DNA of 64,000 bases, from the IMG/VR virus record IMGVR_UViG_3300045988_161245, positions 32,001 to 96,000 of that record, one strand, 5' to 3'. A model generated the notes under the pieces. It saw nothing but the letters and a program-made list of their open reading frames with translations, searched no databases and had not been told where the DNA came from. Shown here piece by piece: positions 53,575 to 62,092 of the stretch (position 1 is its first letter; each line of letters starts with the position of its first letter). The position numbers and the translations under genes are program-made. This stretch comes from a virus.

Positions 53575-54200
53575 TGGTTCAGAGGGGAATATGTGAGCAG
53601 AACGCCCAGAATCATATAGACTTCTGATGTGAATGCACCGATCCTTTCCGGTCTTATCTTAAATGCCAGGTGCTATGTCAATAAGTTACAGTGTATCGGA
53701 GTAGTTGAAGTACTCTTCTACACTTTCTATTATGATTCATGGGCGTTAAATAAACAAGCCGGAACTTATGTTTGTTGCCCAGAATAGAAATATTCTGTTA
53801 TGCAGATAAGGAGCGTCTGCCATCGGAGAATGACATAGTTGACAAGTGCCTCAAAGTTATTCGCGCGTAGCCGATGTAAAAGAATCCGTGATTCATCATA
53901 CAGTGTTAGGACTGGAACCTTCCGACTGAGCGGAAGCAAATAATACTCTTCCTGATTTAGTCAGGATAGCTGGCGGACAGCGAAGTAACTACGCAAACAG
54001 AGAGATCCTGCTTTAGTGGACGATTCAAAATTGATGATGAGGTGTGATTGCTAACTATATCACCTCGGTAAAATAAAGAAAAATTAGTGAAATGCGTCCT
54101 GTGACGGTTCTGACAGGAAGTTAAAATAAAAATTGACCGAGTGATGAAGGGTCGGAATGGAGACCTAAAACCCATTTGATTGCAGGAGTGTTATCCTGCT
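53575..54200 (+). ncRNA. candidate large structured ncRNA, segment A (ROOL/GOLLD-like context; unclassified)
   Basis: About 620 nt with no credible ORF, visibly GC-richer, with many perfect 6-bp hairpins (53919-53936, 53950-53966, 54097-54118, 54182-54199). Directly abuts tRNA genes. Confidence 0.35.
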
Positions 54201-54202
54201 AT

Positions 54203-54293
54203 GGCAGGTATAGCTTAATTGGTAAAGCGTCATATTCAAATTCTGGAAAACATACAAATGAAGACTCCAGGTTCGAGTCCTGGTGCACTGCCC
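54203..54293 (+). tRNA. aberrant tRNA-like element, about 90 nt (class-II length; anticodon uncertain, CAA most consistent)
   Basis: Clean D arm GCTT-AATTGGTA-AAGC and T arm CCAGG-TTCGAGT-CCTGG. The acceptor pairs only GGCAG/CTGCC, with extra or bulged bases. The anticodon stem TCATA/TCTGG has a mismatch. The variable region is 20 nt. Confidence 0.45.
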
Positions 54294-54329
54294 TACAACT
54301 CAATTTTTATTGAGTATAAAATTTTATTT

Positions 54330-54411
54330 GGATGGATAGCGAAGTGGTTAAACGCTCCTGACTGTAAATCAGGCGGCTCTGCCTTCGAAGGTTCGAATCC
54401 TTCTCCATCCA
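54330..54411 (+). tRNA. tRNA-Tyr (GTA)
   Basis: Acceptor GGATGGA/TCCATCC, anticodon arm CCTGA-CTGTAAA-TCAGG, 13-nt variable arm, T arm GAAGG-TTCGAAT-CCTTC. Confidence 0.85.
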
Positions 54412-54509
54412 CTAAATAGGACTACTGTCCTATTCTATTATTCTTCTCTTTTCTTTGTATTTTTCATTTTCATGATTATTTCTCCAAGCTGGGCTTCGGT
54501 CCAGCGTCT

Positions 54510-54583
54510 TGGGATGTAGCTCAGTTTGGTAGAGCGCCTGATTTGGGGTCAGGAGGTCCAGGGTTCAAGTCCCTGTATTCCAA
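54510..54583 (+). tRNA. tRNA-Pro (TGG)
   Basis: Acceptor TGGGATG/TATTCCA (two G-U pairs), D arm GCTC-AGTTTGGTA-GAGC, anticodon arm CCTGA-TTTGGGG-TCAGG with G37, T arm CAGGG-TTCAAGT-CCCTG. Confidence 0.8.
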
Positions 54584-54589
54584 CTTTCC

Positions 54590-55195
54590 TATATACGACA
54601 TAATATTCCACAGGAGGCATGGTGTAGATTTTGCATACCTGTGACAGAAAAAAATAATGAACAAAAACATTCGAGGTTTTTACTGGGGCGTTGCGTGCAG
54701 TAAACCAGATTTGAGCTTGTGTGGCAAGTGCATTGAAGCTATCTGGACTGGTTCAGGTCTGAAAATAATTATGAACCATGGATAACATGATTGTGAGTAG
54801 GTAATAAGAGAAATAGATGGTCGTACTATCCGCTTGCATTTAATAGGAATAATTTTAGAAGAAACACCGTCAGGTACCTAGAATTGAGTAAGAAAAGAAA
54901 ATCTTTATCAGAGAGATTCGATCCAGACTCAGGTGACAAATTTATTTCTTCCTATCGGTTAGGAAGACTGCGCCAGTGTTCATGAACAAACTCCCACCTA
55001 AAAAGACGGAAGCGCCAATATGCTCTGACGTGTACAGGCTTTAAAATTGTCGGTACAAATGCCATGTAGTTCACCTGCCTCTCGTGTTTATATTTCAAAA
55101 CTGGAGAAACTGACGGTGCTTTGATGTGTATACCTACTAATGTAGATATAAGTATTAGTTTATCACAGATTTATTGTTATTGTAAATGAGTTTTT
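54590..55195 (+). ncRNA. candidate large structured ncRNA, segment B (unclassified)
   Basis: About 600 nt with no ORF, GC-richer. Has nested helices CCAGAT..ATCTGG around AGCTT..AAGCT (54705-54746), CTTCCTA-tcggt-TAGGAAG (54948-54966), and CACAGG..CCTGTG. Confidence 0.35.
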
Positions 55196-55271
55196 ATCTA
55201 CTTGGTCTAACTGGTTATGACAGACGGACATTTTGTGCCTTCAGATACAGGTTCAAAGCCTGTAGTAGATA
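55196..55271 (+). tRNA. tRNA-like element lacking a canonical anticodon loop
   Basis: Perfect acceptor ATCTACT/AGTAGAT, D arm with GG, T arm ACAGG-TTCAAAG-CCTGT. The anticodon arm folds as an interrupted 6-7 bp stem with the 5-nt loop TTTTG. Confidence 0.45.
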
Positions 55272-55389
55272 TTAAAGATAGGGATCTTATAACTGATCAT
55301 TATAAGAGAAAGGTGGATACTCGCACCACTGCCCTATCTATTTTTATTAATATTAATTGTATATGCGAGTGGAAAGCGAGTAATGTTTT

Positions 55390-57105
55390 ATGAAAAAGGA
55401 AACACAAGGATGTAAATATTGTGGTTACGAAAAAACATCAAAAAGAACAAAGAAACCGTTTGATGAATTTATAAAAGAATTGAAAGAAAGTCGTGGAGAT
55501 GAATTTACATACGTATCTGGCTATAATGGTGCAAGTTCAAAAGCTATTTTTAGACATCATATGAAAGATGGAAGTCATCATGATTTTAAAATGGTTCCAA
55601 AAAATTTAATTAATGGCACATATTATTGCCCTTGCTGCTCTGGATATCAAATTTATATAGGATATAATGATTTTAATACTAGAAGACCTGAGTTGGTAAA
55701 ATATTTATTAAATCCAGAGGAAGGTACAAAATATAGTGAATATAGCAATCATATATTAGAATGGAAATGTCCGGATTGTGGAAATATATTGAAAAAGAGA
55801 ATATCTGAAGTTAGTACAAGAGGTATTTGTTGTCCTAGATGCTCTGATGGGATAAGTTATCCAAACAAATTTATGTACAATTCATTACTCCAAATAAAAG
55901 ATTATTTAAATTATATTGAAAGAGAATTTCGTCCTGATTGGTGCAAATATACATATAATGAAAAAGAATGCTTTGGCGTATATGATATTTATTTCGAAAA
56001 AGATAATAAAAAATATATAGTTGAAATGGATGGTGGACTTGGACATGGGAATCGAACTTATACAAAATCGGATAAATCAAAAGATGAATTACTGGATATA
56101 GATAAAATAAAAGATCTACTTGCAAAAGAACATGATATTGAAGTTATACGAATAAACTGTGATTATGGATCAAATGATAGATATTCTTTTATATTAAATG
56201 AAGTTTTAAATTCTAAATTATCTTCAATTCTTAATTTATCTTTAATAGATTTTAAAAAATCAAATATTTTATCACAACAATCATTATTATTAAAAACTGT
56301 TGAATTATGGAATGATGGATATTCTGTAGGAAAAATAAGTTCTGAAATTGGTGTTTTTTCAGATACAGTAACACACTATCTTAAATCGGCACAAAAATAT
56401 GGTATATGCAATACATATTCAATAAAGGAAAGTAGAAATAGGTCTATATCAAATAAAATTGTGTGTATTACAACAAATAAAGAGTTTGATTCTATTGTTG
56501 ATGGTGCAAAATTTTATAATACATTAGCTACTTCTGTAAGTAAATGTTGTAGACATAAAGCTGGATATGCTGGTTATTATAATGGACAAAAACTTATTTG
56601 GATGTATAAAACGGAATATGATAATTTTCCAAAAGAAAAATTAAAAGATTATGTCCCAAAGGAAGATAATAATTATACAAAAGTTGTATGTTTAAATACA
56701 GGCGAGATATTTGATGGTATTATTTATGCTGCTGAAAAATATGGAGTGCTAGATAGTGGAATAACGGCATGTTGTTCAAAAACAACACATTATTCAGGTA
56801 AAGATTCTGATGGAAATATTTTGGTTTGGAGATATTTAGATGAATATAAACAAATGACAAAAGAAGAAATTAATACACTTCTATCATATAAAAGTATGGG
56901 TAAAAAGAAAGTTATATGTCTTAATACCTTACAAATATTTGATAATGCATACGAAGCAAGTGTGTGGTGTGGGTTAAATAATAAATTAATACTACAAAGT
57001 TGCTGTAGAAACGAAGTTAGATTTGCAGGAGTTCATCCTGATACCGGTGAAAAATTAAATTGGTTGTATTATAAGGATTATTTGAAAGAAAAAGAGGCTG
57101 CTTAA
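55390..57105 (+). CDS. homing-endonuclease-like protein: Zn ribbons, PD-(D/E)xK-like core and three DNA-binding repeats
   Basis: N-terminal CxxC pairs (CKYCG, CPCCSG, CPDCG, CPRCSD). YDIYFEKDNKKYIVEMDGGLGH resembles the Vsr/DUF559-type nuclease core. Three ~50-aa repeats, V(C/I)(I/L)xT...CC...(A/S)G...W(M/R/L)Y, resemble NUMOD/IENR-type modules. Confidence 0.55.
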   Translation: MKKETQGCKYCGYEKTSKRTKKPFDEFIKELKESRGDEFTYVSGYNGASSKAIFRHHMKDGSHHDFKMVPKNLINGTYYCPCCSGYQIYIGYNDFNTRRPELVKYLLNPEEGTKYSEYSNHILEWKCPDCGNILKKRISEVSTRGICCPRCSDGISYPNKFMYNSLLQIKDYLNYIEREFRPDWCKYTYNEKECFGVYDIYFEKDNKKYIVEMDGGLGHGNRTYTKSDKSKDELLDIDKIKDLLAKEHDIEVIRINCDYGSNDRYSFILNEVLNSKLSSILNLSLIDFKKSNILSQQSLLLKTVELWNDGYSVGKISSEIGVFSDTVTHYLKSAQKYGICNTYSIKESRNRSISNKIVCITTNKEFDSIVDGAKFYNTLATSVSKCCRHKAGYAGYYNGQKLIWMYKTEYDNFPKEKLKDYVPKEDNNYTKVVCLNTGEIFDGIIYAAEKYGVLDSGITACCSKTTHYSGKDSDGNILVWRYLDEYKQMTKEEINTLLSYKSMGKKKVICLNTLQIFDNAYEASVWCGLNNKLILQSCCRNEVRFAGVHPDTGEKLNWLYYKDYLKEKEAA

Positions 57106-57142
57106 TGTAGTCTCTTTTTCTGATTAAAAGGATGGTGATTAT

Positions 57143-58195
57143 ATGGCAAACTTGCGTCAAGCAAAAACAGATGCAGAGTTACGAACCATGACTATAACAA
57201 ATGTTAAAAAGGCGTATTCAAATTTGGCAGAAGATTATAATCGCCTTCTTGATTTAGAGTTTATATATTGTCCTCATTGTGGAAAGTGGAAATCTATAAA
57301 AGCAAGTAACTTTTATTCATCAAATGATACAGTTGATGGAATTGAGCATTTTGCATGTAAGGAATGTATACTTAACATGTGTACAGATAAAAATAAAGAT
57401 GGTTCGAGATCTGATAATAAAGAAAAAACAATAAATACTTTTAGAAAATTGGATTGGTGTTTTATCGAAGATGATTATGATAAGCAGTTAGTAAAAACTA
57501 CTGAAGCGGTAAATGAAAAAGTAAGAAGCACAGCCGCACAACAGCTTATTGTAATGGTTCAGTCACTTCCACAGTATAATGGAAAAAATTTTTCAAATAG
57601 TGAATTTAACGATTCTACAGATGGATCTTTATCTTATAAAAGAAAGCCACGAAAAGAAATTGTAAAACTATTTGGTTCAGGACTTTCAAATGAAGATTAT
57701 TTGTATCTTCAAGACCAATATGATGATTGGTGTGAAAGAACACAGGTGGATTCTAAATCTCAACAAACATATATTGTTAGAATTTGTTTTAAATTGTTGG
57801 ATATTTGGAAAGCACAGAAATCAAGTAAAGACACAACAAAACTTGATGAATCTTTAAATAAATTAATGGATGCAGCAAATTTACAACCAAGACAAAATGT
57901 TGGAAATGCTGCTACAGACGCTTTAACTTTTAGTCAGTTGATTGAAAAATGGGAACAGGAAAAACCAATACCTGAACCAGATCCAGAATTTAAGGATTGT
58001 GATGGTATAGGAAAATATATTCGCGTATGGTTTAAAGGTGCACTATCTCATGCTCTTGGCTTAGAAGGCGGTTATTCTAAAGAGTATGAAGATTATGTTA
58101 GTCAATATGCCGTAACTAAACCAGAAGAACAAGATCTTGATGAAAAATCTGAAAGTATTTATAGCCAAATTTTTGGTGATGAAAGTCAAAAGTAA
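57143..58195 (+). CDS. putative terminase small subunit (Zn-ribbon containing)
   Basis: Called by position immediately upstream of, and overlapping, terL. Contains CPHCGKW...CKEC. No family recognised. Confidence 0.4.
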   Translation: MANLRQAKTDAELRTMTITNVKKAYSNLAEDYNRLLDLEFIYCPHCGKWKSIKASNFYSSNDTVDGIEHFACKECILNMCTDKNKDGSRSDNKEKTINTFRKLDWCFIEDDYDKQLVKTTEAVNEKVRSTAAQQLIVMVQSLPQYNGKNFSNSEFNDSTDGSLSYKRKPRKEIVKLFGSGLSNEDYLYLQDQYDDWCERTQVDSKSQQTYIVRICFKLLDIWKAQKSSKDTTKLDESLNKLMDAANLQPRQNVGNAATDALTFSQLIEKWEQEKPIPEPDPEFKDCDGIGKYIRVWFKGALSHALGLEGGYSKEYEDYVSQYAVTKPEEQDLDEKSESIYSQIFGDESQK

Positions 58196-59967
58196 TGGCA
58201 AAACGATTAAAACAAAATCTATCTGATTCCCAAATAAAAAAAAATAAAACTGACAAAATAATGAATATTGTTGCAGAAAGAGCTTCGTATTATAGAGCTA
58301 ATCCACATAGGTTTGTGAAGGATTATCTTGGAATAGAATTAAAATTATTTCAAAAAATACTACTCTTCTGCATGATGCATAATGATGCCTTTTATTATAT
58401 TGCTTCGAGGGGCCAGGGCAAAACTTACTTGGTATCATTATTTTGCGTTGTAAGGTGTCTTTTGTACCCTGGTACAACTATTGTGGTAAGTAGTTATACT
58501 TTTAAACAGGGAAAAGAAACAATAATGAAGATAACGGATGATTTTATGAGAAAATCTCCGTTATTACGAAGTGAAATAGCTAAATACAGTATAGGACAAA
58601 ATGATTGTTCGGTATATTTTAAATCTGGTGGTTGGATACAGGTAAAAGTTGCTGCTGAGTCATCAAGAGGTGCCCATTGTCAGATATTAATCATTGATGA
58701 AAGTCGTATGGTTCAGCAAAAAATAATAGATACCGTATTAAAGCCAATGCTTTCAGCTCCACGTACTCCTCCGTATATAAACAAGCCGGAATATAAGGGC
58801 AAAGGTTATGAGGAAATGAATAAAATCCTTATGATGTCTTCTGCCTGGTATAAACAATCTGAGATGTATGAAATTGTAAAAGCTTATGTGGCAAATATGC
58901 TTGATCCAAAGATGAAATATTTCATTTGTGATTTACCATATACACTTTCAATTGCAGAGCATCTTCTTATGCGTCAATCGATAGAAAATGAAATGTCTGA
59001 AGCTACTTTTTCTGATATTTCATTTAAAATGGAACGAGAAGGTATTTTTTATGGAAGTGGTGACGAATCGCTTTTCAATTTTAATGTATTAAATACACGT
59101 AGAATTTTACAAGATAGTTTCCATGATTTAGATTTTTATAGAAATAGTAATGTAAGGATTCCACAAAAACAAGCTGGAGAAAAACGTATATTAAGTCTTG
59201 ATATTGCACTTCTTGCATCAAAAAAACACGATAATGATGCTTCTGCTTTTATTATTAACAGTGCCCTTCCTACATCCTCAAACGATTACATTAGTAATAT
59301 AAAGTATATAGAAACACAAGAAGGATTAATGACTGAAGAGCTTGGTCTTATGACTATGCGCTATTTTTATCAATATGATTGTGATTATATTGCGATTGAC
59401 GCAAATGGTGTTGGACAAGGTGTATTGGATTATTTAATGCAGGATAGATATGATCCTGTTTATAATATGACATATGGTGCCTTAAATTGTTGTAATAATG
59501 ATGATTTAGCAGACAGGTGCAAAGTTCGTAATGCTCCAAAGGTTATTTATGCAATAAAAGCAAGTGCAAAATCAAATAATGATATGTGTCTTGCTCTTCG
59601 TAGTGGTTTTCAGAATGGAAATATTAATCTTTTAAATTCTGAAACTGAGATTGATGAAAAATTACAAAAGCTTATAAAAGGTTTTAATAAGTTGTCTGAT
59701 ACACAAAAAATAAAGCTTCGTCTTCCATATTATCAAACAACATTCCTTATTGAAGAACTTATTAATCTTGATCATGAAGTAAATAATGGACTTATTAAAG
59801 TTAAAGAAAAATCAGGAATGCGGAAGGACCGTTATTCTTCACTTGAGTATAATTATTATGTTGTTCAGGAACTCGCACTTAAACTTAAGCCAAAGAATAC
59901 AAATATGAAAAACCTCGCTGACATCCTACCAATACGTACAGCGAAGCGTCATTCTTATTTCGATTAA
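58195..59967 (+). CDS. terL: terminase large subunit
   Basis: Walker A YIASRGQGKTYL and Walker B QILIIDESR. C-terminal acidic nuclease-like region LSLDIAL...YIAIDANGVG. Size and position fit. Confidence 0.85.
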   Translation: MAKRLKQNLSDSQIKKNKTDKIMNIVAERASYYRANPHRFVKDYLGIELKLFQKILLFCMMHNDAFYYIASRGQGKTYLVSLFCVVRCLLYPGTTIVVSSYTFKQGKETIMKITDDFMRKSPLLRSEIAKYSIGQNDCSVYFKSGGWIQVKVAAESSRGAHCQILIIDESRMVQQKIIDTVLKPMLSAPRTPPYINKPEYKGKGYEEMNKILMMSSAWYKQSEMYEIVKAYVANMLDPKMKYFICDLPYTLSIAEHLLMRQSIENEMSEATFSDISFKMEREGIFYGSGDESLFNFNVLNTRRILQDSFHDLDFYRNSNVRIPQKQAGEKRILSLDIALLASKKHDNDASAFIINSALPTSSNDYISNIKYIETQEGLMTEELGLMTMRYFYQYDCDYIAIDANGVGQGVLDYLMQDRYDPVYNMTYGALNCCNNDDLADRCKVRNAPKVIYAIKASAKSNNDMCLALRSGFQNGNINLLNSETEIDEKLQKLIKGFNKLSDTQKIKLRLPYYQTTFLIEELINLDHEVNNGLIKVKEKSGMRKDRYSSLEYNYYVVQELALKLKPKNTNMKNLADILPIRTAKRHSYFD

Positions 59968-60079
59968 TAAATCTAACACTATCCATCAACCAACACCAAC
60001 TACTCTCCCACTTCTTACTTCTTAAAATAAATTCCAACCAATCCAAATCCAAATCAAAAATAGAAAGGCAGGTGTACCA

Positions 60080-61843
60080 ATGGGTAGACCCAAAGGTAGT
60101 AAAAATAAGCCAAAGGTGCAGGACGGTACACCTATTTCAAATAAAACCGTTAATACAGCTGCCTCAACTTCCACTTCGAAGTCAAAGGTAGCTCCTAAAA
60201 CAACTAAAACAGTCAATACAAAATCAACCACAACTAGAAATCAAACAAAGAAACTAGATAAAGTTGATAAATTACTGTTAAACAAATCAGCCACTGTTCC
60301 AACTATTGATACACCAAAAGGGAAGAAAACTGTAGCTGAAATGTCAACAACACTTACAAAGCATGAGCGTGTGCTTGAAATGGCAAAAACCACAAAAGCA
60401 ATGATAGATGCCTTGCAGCTTACCGATTTGTCTAAAACTGAATCGCGTACTTTCCAGACCTATTCCAGGGAAACACTTCGTACTTATATGAAATCACCAA
60501 AATCATACGAGTCTCAGTTAAGAAATTTAAGCCGGTATCTGTACAGACTTTGCTATGAGTACAGACGTATCTGTTTACACTATGCGACGATGATTTGTGG
60601 AGATGCATTTAATATTATCCCATTGGATGATCCTACGCAGGAAATGACTCCGGAGGAACGTACCAATACTTGGTATGAAACTATGATTCGTTGGCAACGT
60701 ATGGATTTTGCCAGCGAACTTGTAAAACTACTTCTTGTAGCTTGGCGTGAAGACTCTGTATACGCATATGTTTATGATGACTCTGATCAGGAAGGTGGAA
60801 CTTGTTTCTATCAGATTCTTGATGGAGATTATTGTAGAGTATCTTCTGTTGAAGCAGGTGTATTCAGATTTGCATTTGACTTTTCTTATTTCAGATCACA
60901 TGAAGCATATCTTGAATATTGGGATTCTGAATTTAAGTCTAAATATGAAGCATATCAGAAAGATTCTACATTAAGATGGCAGGAACTTGAACCTGAAAGA
61001 CAAGTTTGTTTTAAAGTAAATAGTGATGATCCGACTATGGATTACAGTCCACTAGCTAGTTTATTTCAGACGATCATAAATAATATTGATCTGTTAGAGA
61101 TTCAGGCAGTTAAGGATGAACTTAGCGCTTATAAACTTCTTGTAGCAAGATTAAAGCCATTAAGTGGAACTTCTGATCCTGACGATTTTGAAATTGATCC
61201 AGATACCGCATTAAAATATTATAACAAACTTGCAGCTAATGTTCCGCCATGTGTTAATGTTGTACTTTCTCCTATGGAAATTGATACAATTGAATTTAAA
61301 GATTTGAATAATACAGATGATACAGATATGGTTTCCAATTCAATATCTAATATTTTCAAGCATATTGGTGGTGTAATTCTTGACTCAGATAAATCTGGAA
61401 CAACAATTTATGAAGCACAGATTATTGCAGATATGAAATATGGTCAAAGTACATTATTACCTCAAGTGCAGAGATATCTAAATTTATATTTTAACTATGT
61501 TGTTGGAACTGGACATGGATACTTTAAGTATATAGATGGTGTTTGTCCTTACACAAAAAAAGCAAAACGTAAAGAACTTATTGAATCTGCCCAGAATGGA
61601 TTACCAAGAATGTCAGTTGGTGTCCTTGATGGAAATACACTTCTTGAGCAAATGTCTATGCTTAAGCTTGAGCGTGATTTAGGGCTTGTTGATTTGATGA
61701 GCAATCCACTTAGTACAAGTTATACGCAATCTGGTGATACTTCTACTACAGATACCGATCCTATTAATGGCGGTGCCCCAAGTAAAGATTCTGATGATCT
61801 AACCGACTCTGGTAGTAAATCCAAAGAACGTGGAAATGAGTGA
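60080..61843 (+). CDS. portal protein (probable)
   Basis: 587 aa, directly after terL, with a K/T-rich disordered N-terminus. Called on position and size only. Confidence 0.55.
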   Translation: MGRPKGSKNKPKVQDGTPISNKTVNTAASTSTSKSKVAPKTTKTVNTKSTTTRNQTKKLDKVDKLLLNKSATVPTIDTPKGKKTVAEMSTTLTKHERVLEMAKTTKAMIDALQLTDLSKTESRTFQTYSRETLRTYMKSPKSYESQLRNLSRYLYRLCYEYRRICLHYATMICGDAFNIIPLDDPTQEMTPEERTNTWYETMIRWQRMDFASELVKLLLVAWREDSVYAYVYDDSDQEGGTCFYQILDGDYCRVSSVEAGVFRFAFDFSYFRSHEAYLEYWDSEFKSKYEAYQKDSTLRWQELEPERQVCFKVNSDDPTMDYSPLASLFQTIINNIDLLEIQAVKDELSAYKLLVARLKPLSGTSDPDDFEIDPDTALKYYNKLAANVPPCVNVVLSPMEIDTIEFKDLNNTDDTDMVSNSISNIFKHIGGVILDSDKSGTTIYEAQIIADMKYGQSTLLPQVQRYLNLYFNYVVGTGHGYFKYIDGVCPYTKKAKRKELIESAQNGLPRMSVGVLDGNTLLEQMSMLKLERDLGLVDLMSNPLSTSYTQSGDTSTTDTDPINGGAPSKDSDDLTDSGSKSKERGNE

Positions 61844-61849
61844 TAAATA

Positions 61850-62035
61850 ATGAAAGATAAAAAATTTATTTTTACATATGATAAAGAAGTTCGTGAGCAG
61901 TTGATCACTCTAGGTTATATAGAGGTTCAGACACCTGCTCATTTTTATATGTTTGTAAATAACAATAAGATGAATTTTGCTGAAAATGACATTGATATGT
62001 CTAAAGTAAAATTCACAAATATTATGTGTGTTTAG
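61850..62035 (+). CDS. hypothetical small protein
   Basis: 61-aa ORF between the portal and head genes. Confidence 0.5.
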   Translation: MKDKKFIFTYDKEVREQLITLGYIEVQTPAHFYMFVNNNKMNFAENDIDMSKVKFTNIMCV

Positions 62036-62092
62036 TCCTCTTTTCTAAGGGCTATTATATAGAAATTTTCAGAAAGGAGGTAAATACCAAAG

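Noticed and set aside
54219-54419. 66-aa plus-strand ORF
   Set aside because: It spans one tRNA-like element and tRNA-Tyr, so the translation is an artefact of the tRNA sequence.
54293-54660. HDV-like (theta-type) ribozymes immediately 3' of the phage tRNAs
   Set aside because: Downstream of each tRNA I see only simple hairpins (ACTCAAT/ATTGAGT, ATAGGAC/GTCCTAT, CACAGG/CCTGTG) and no nested double-pseudoknot layout. This cannot be excluded without a covariance-model scan.
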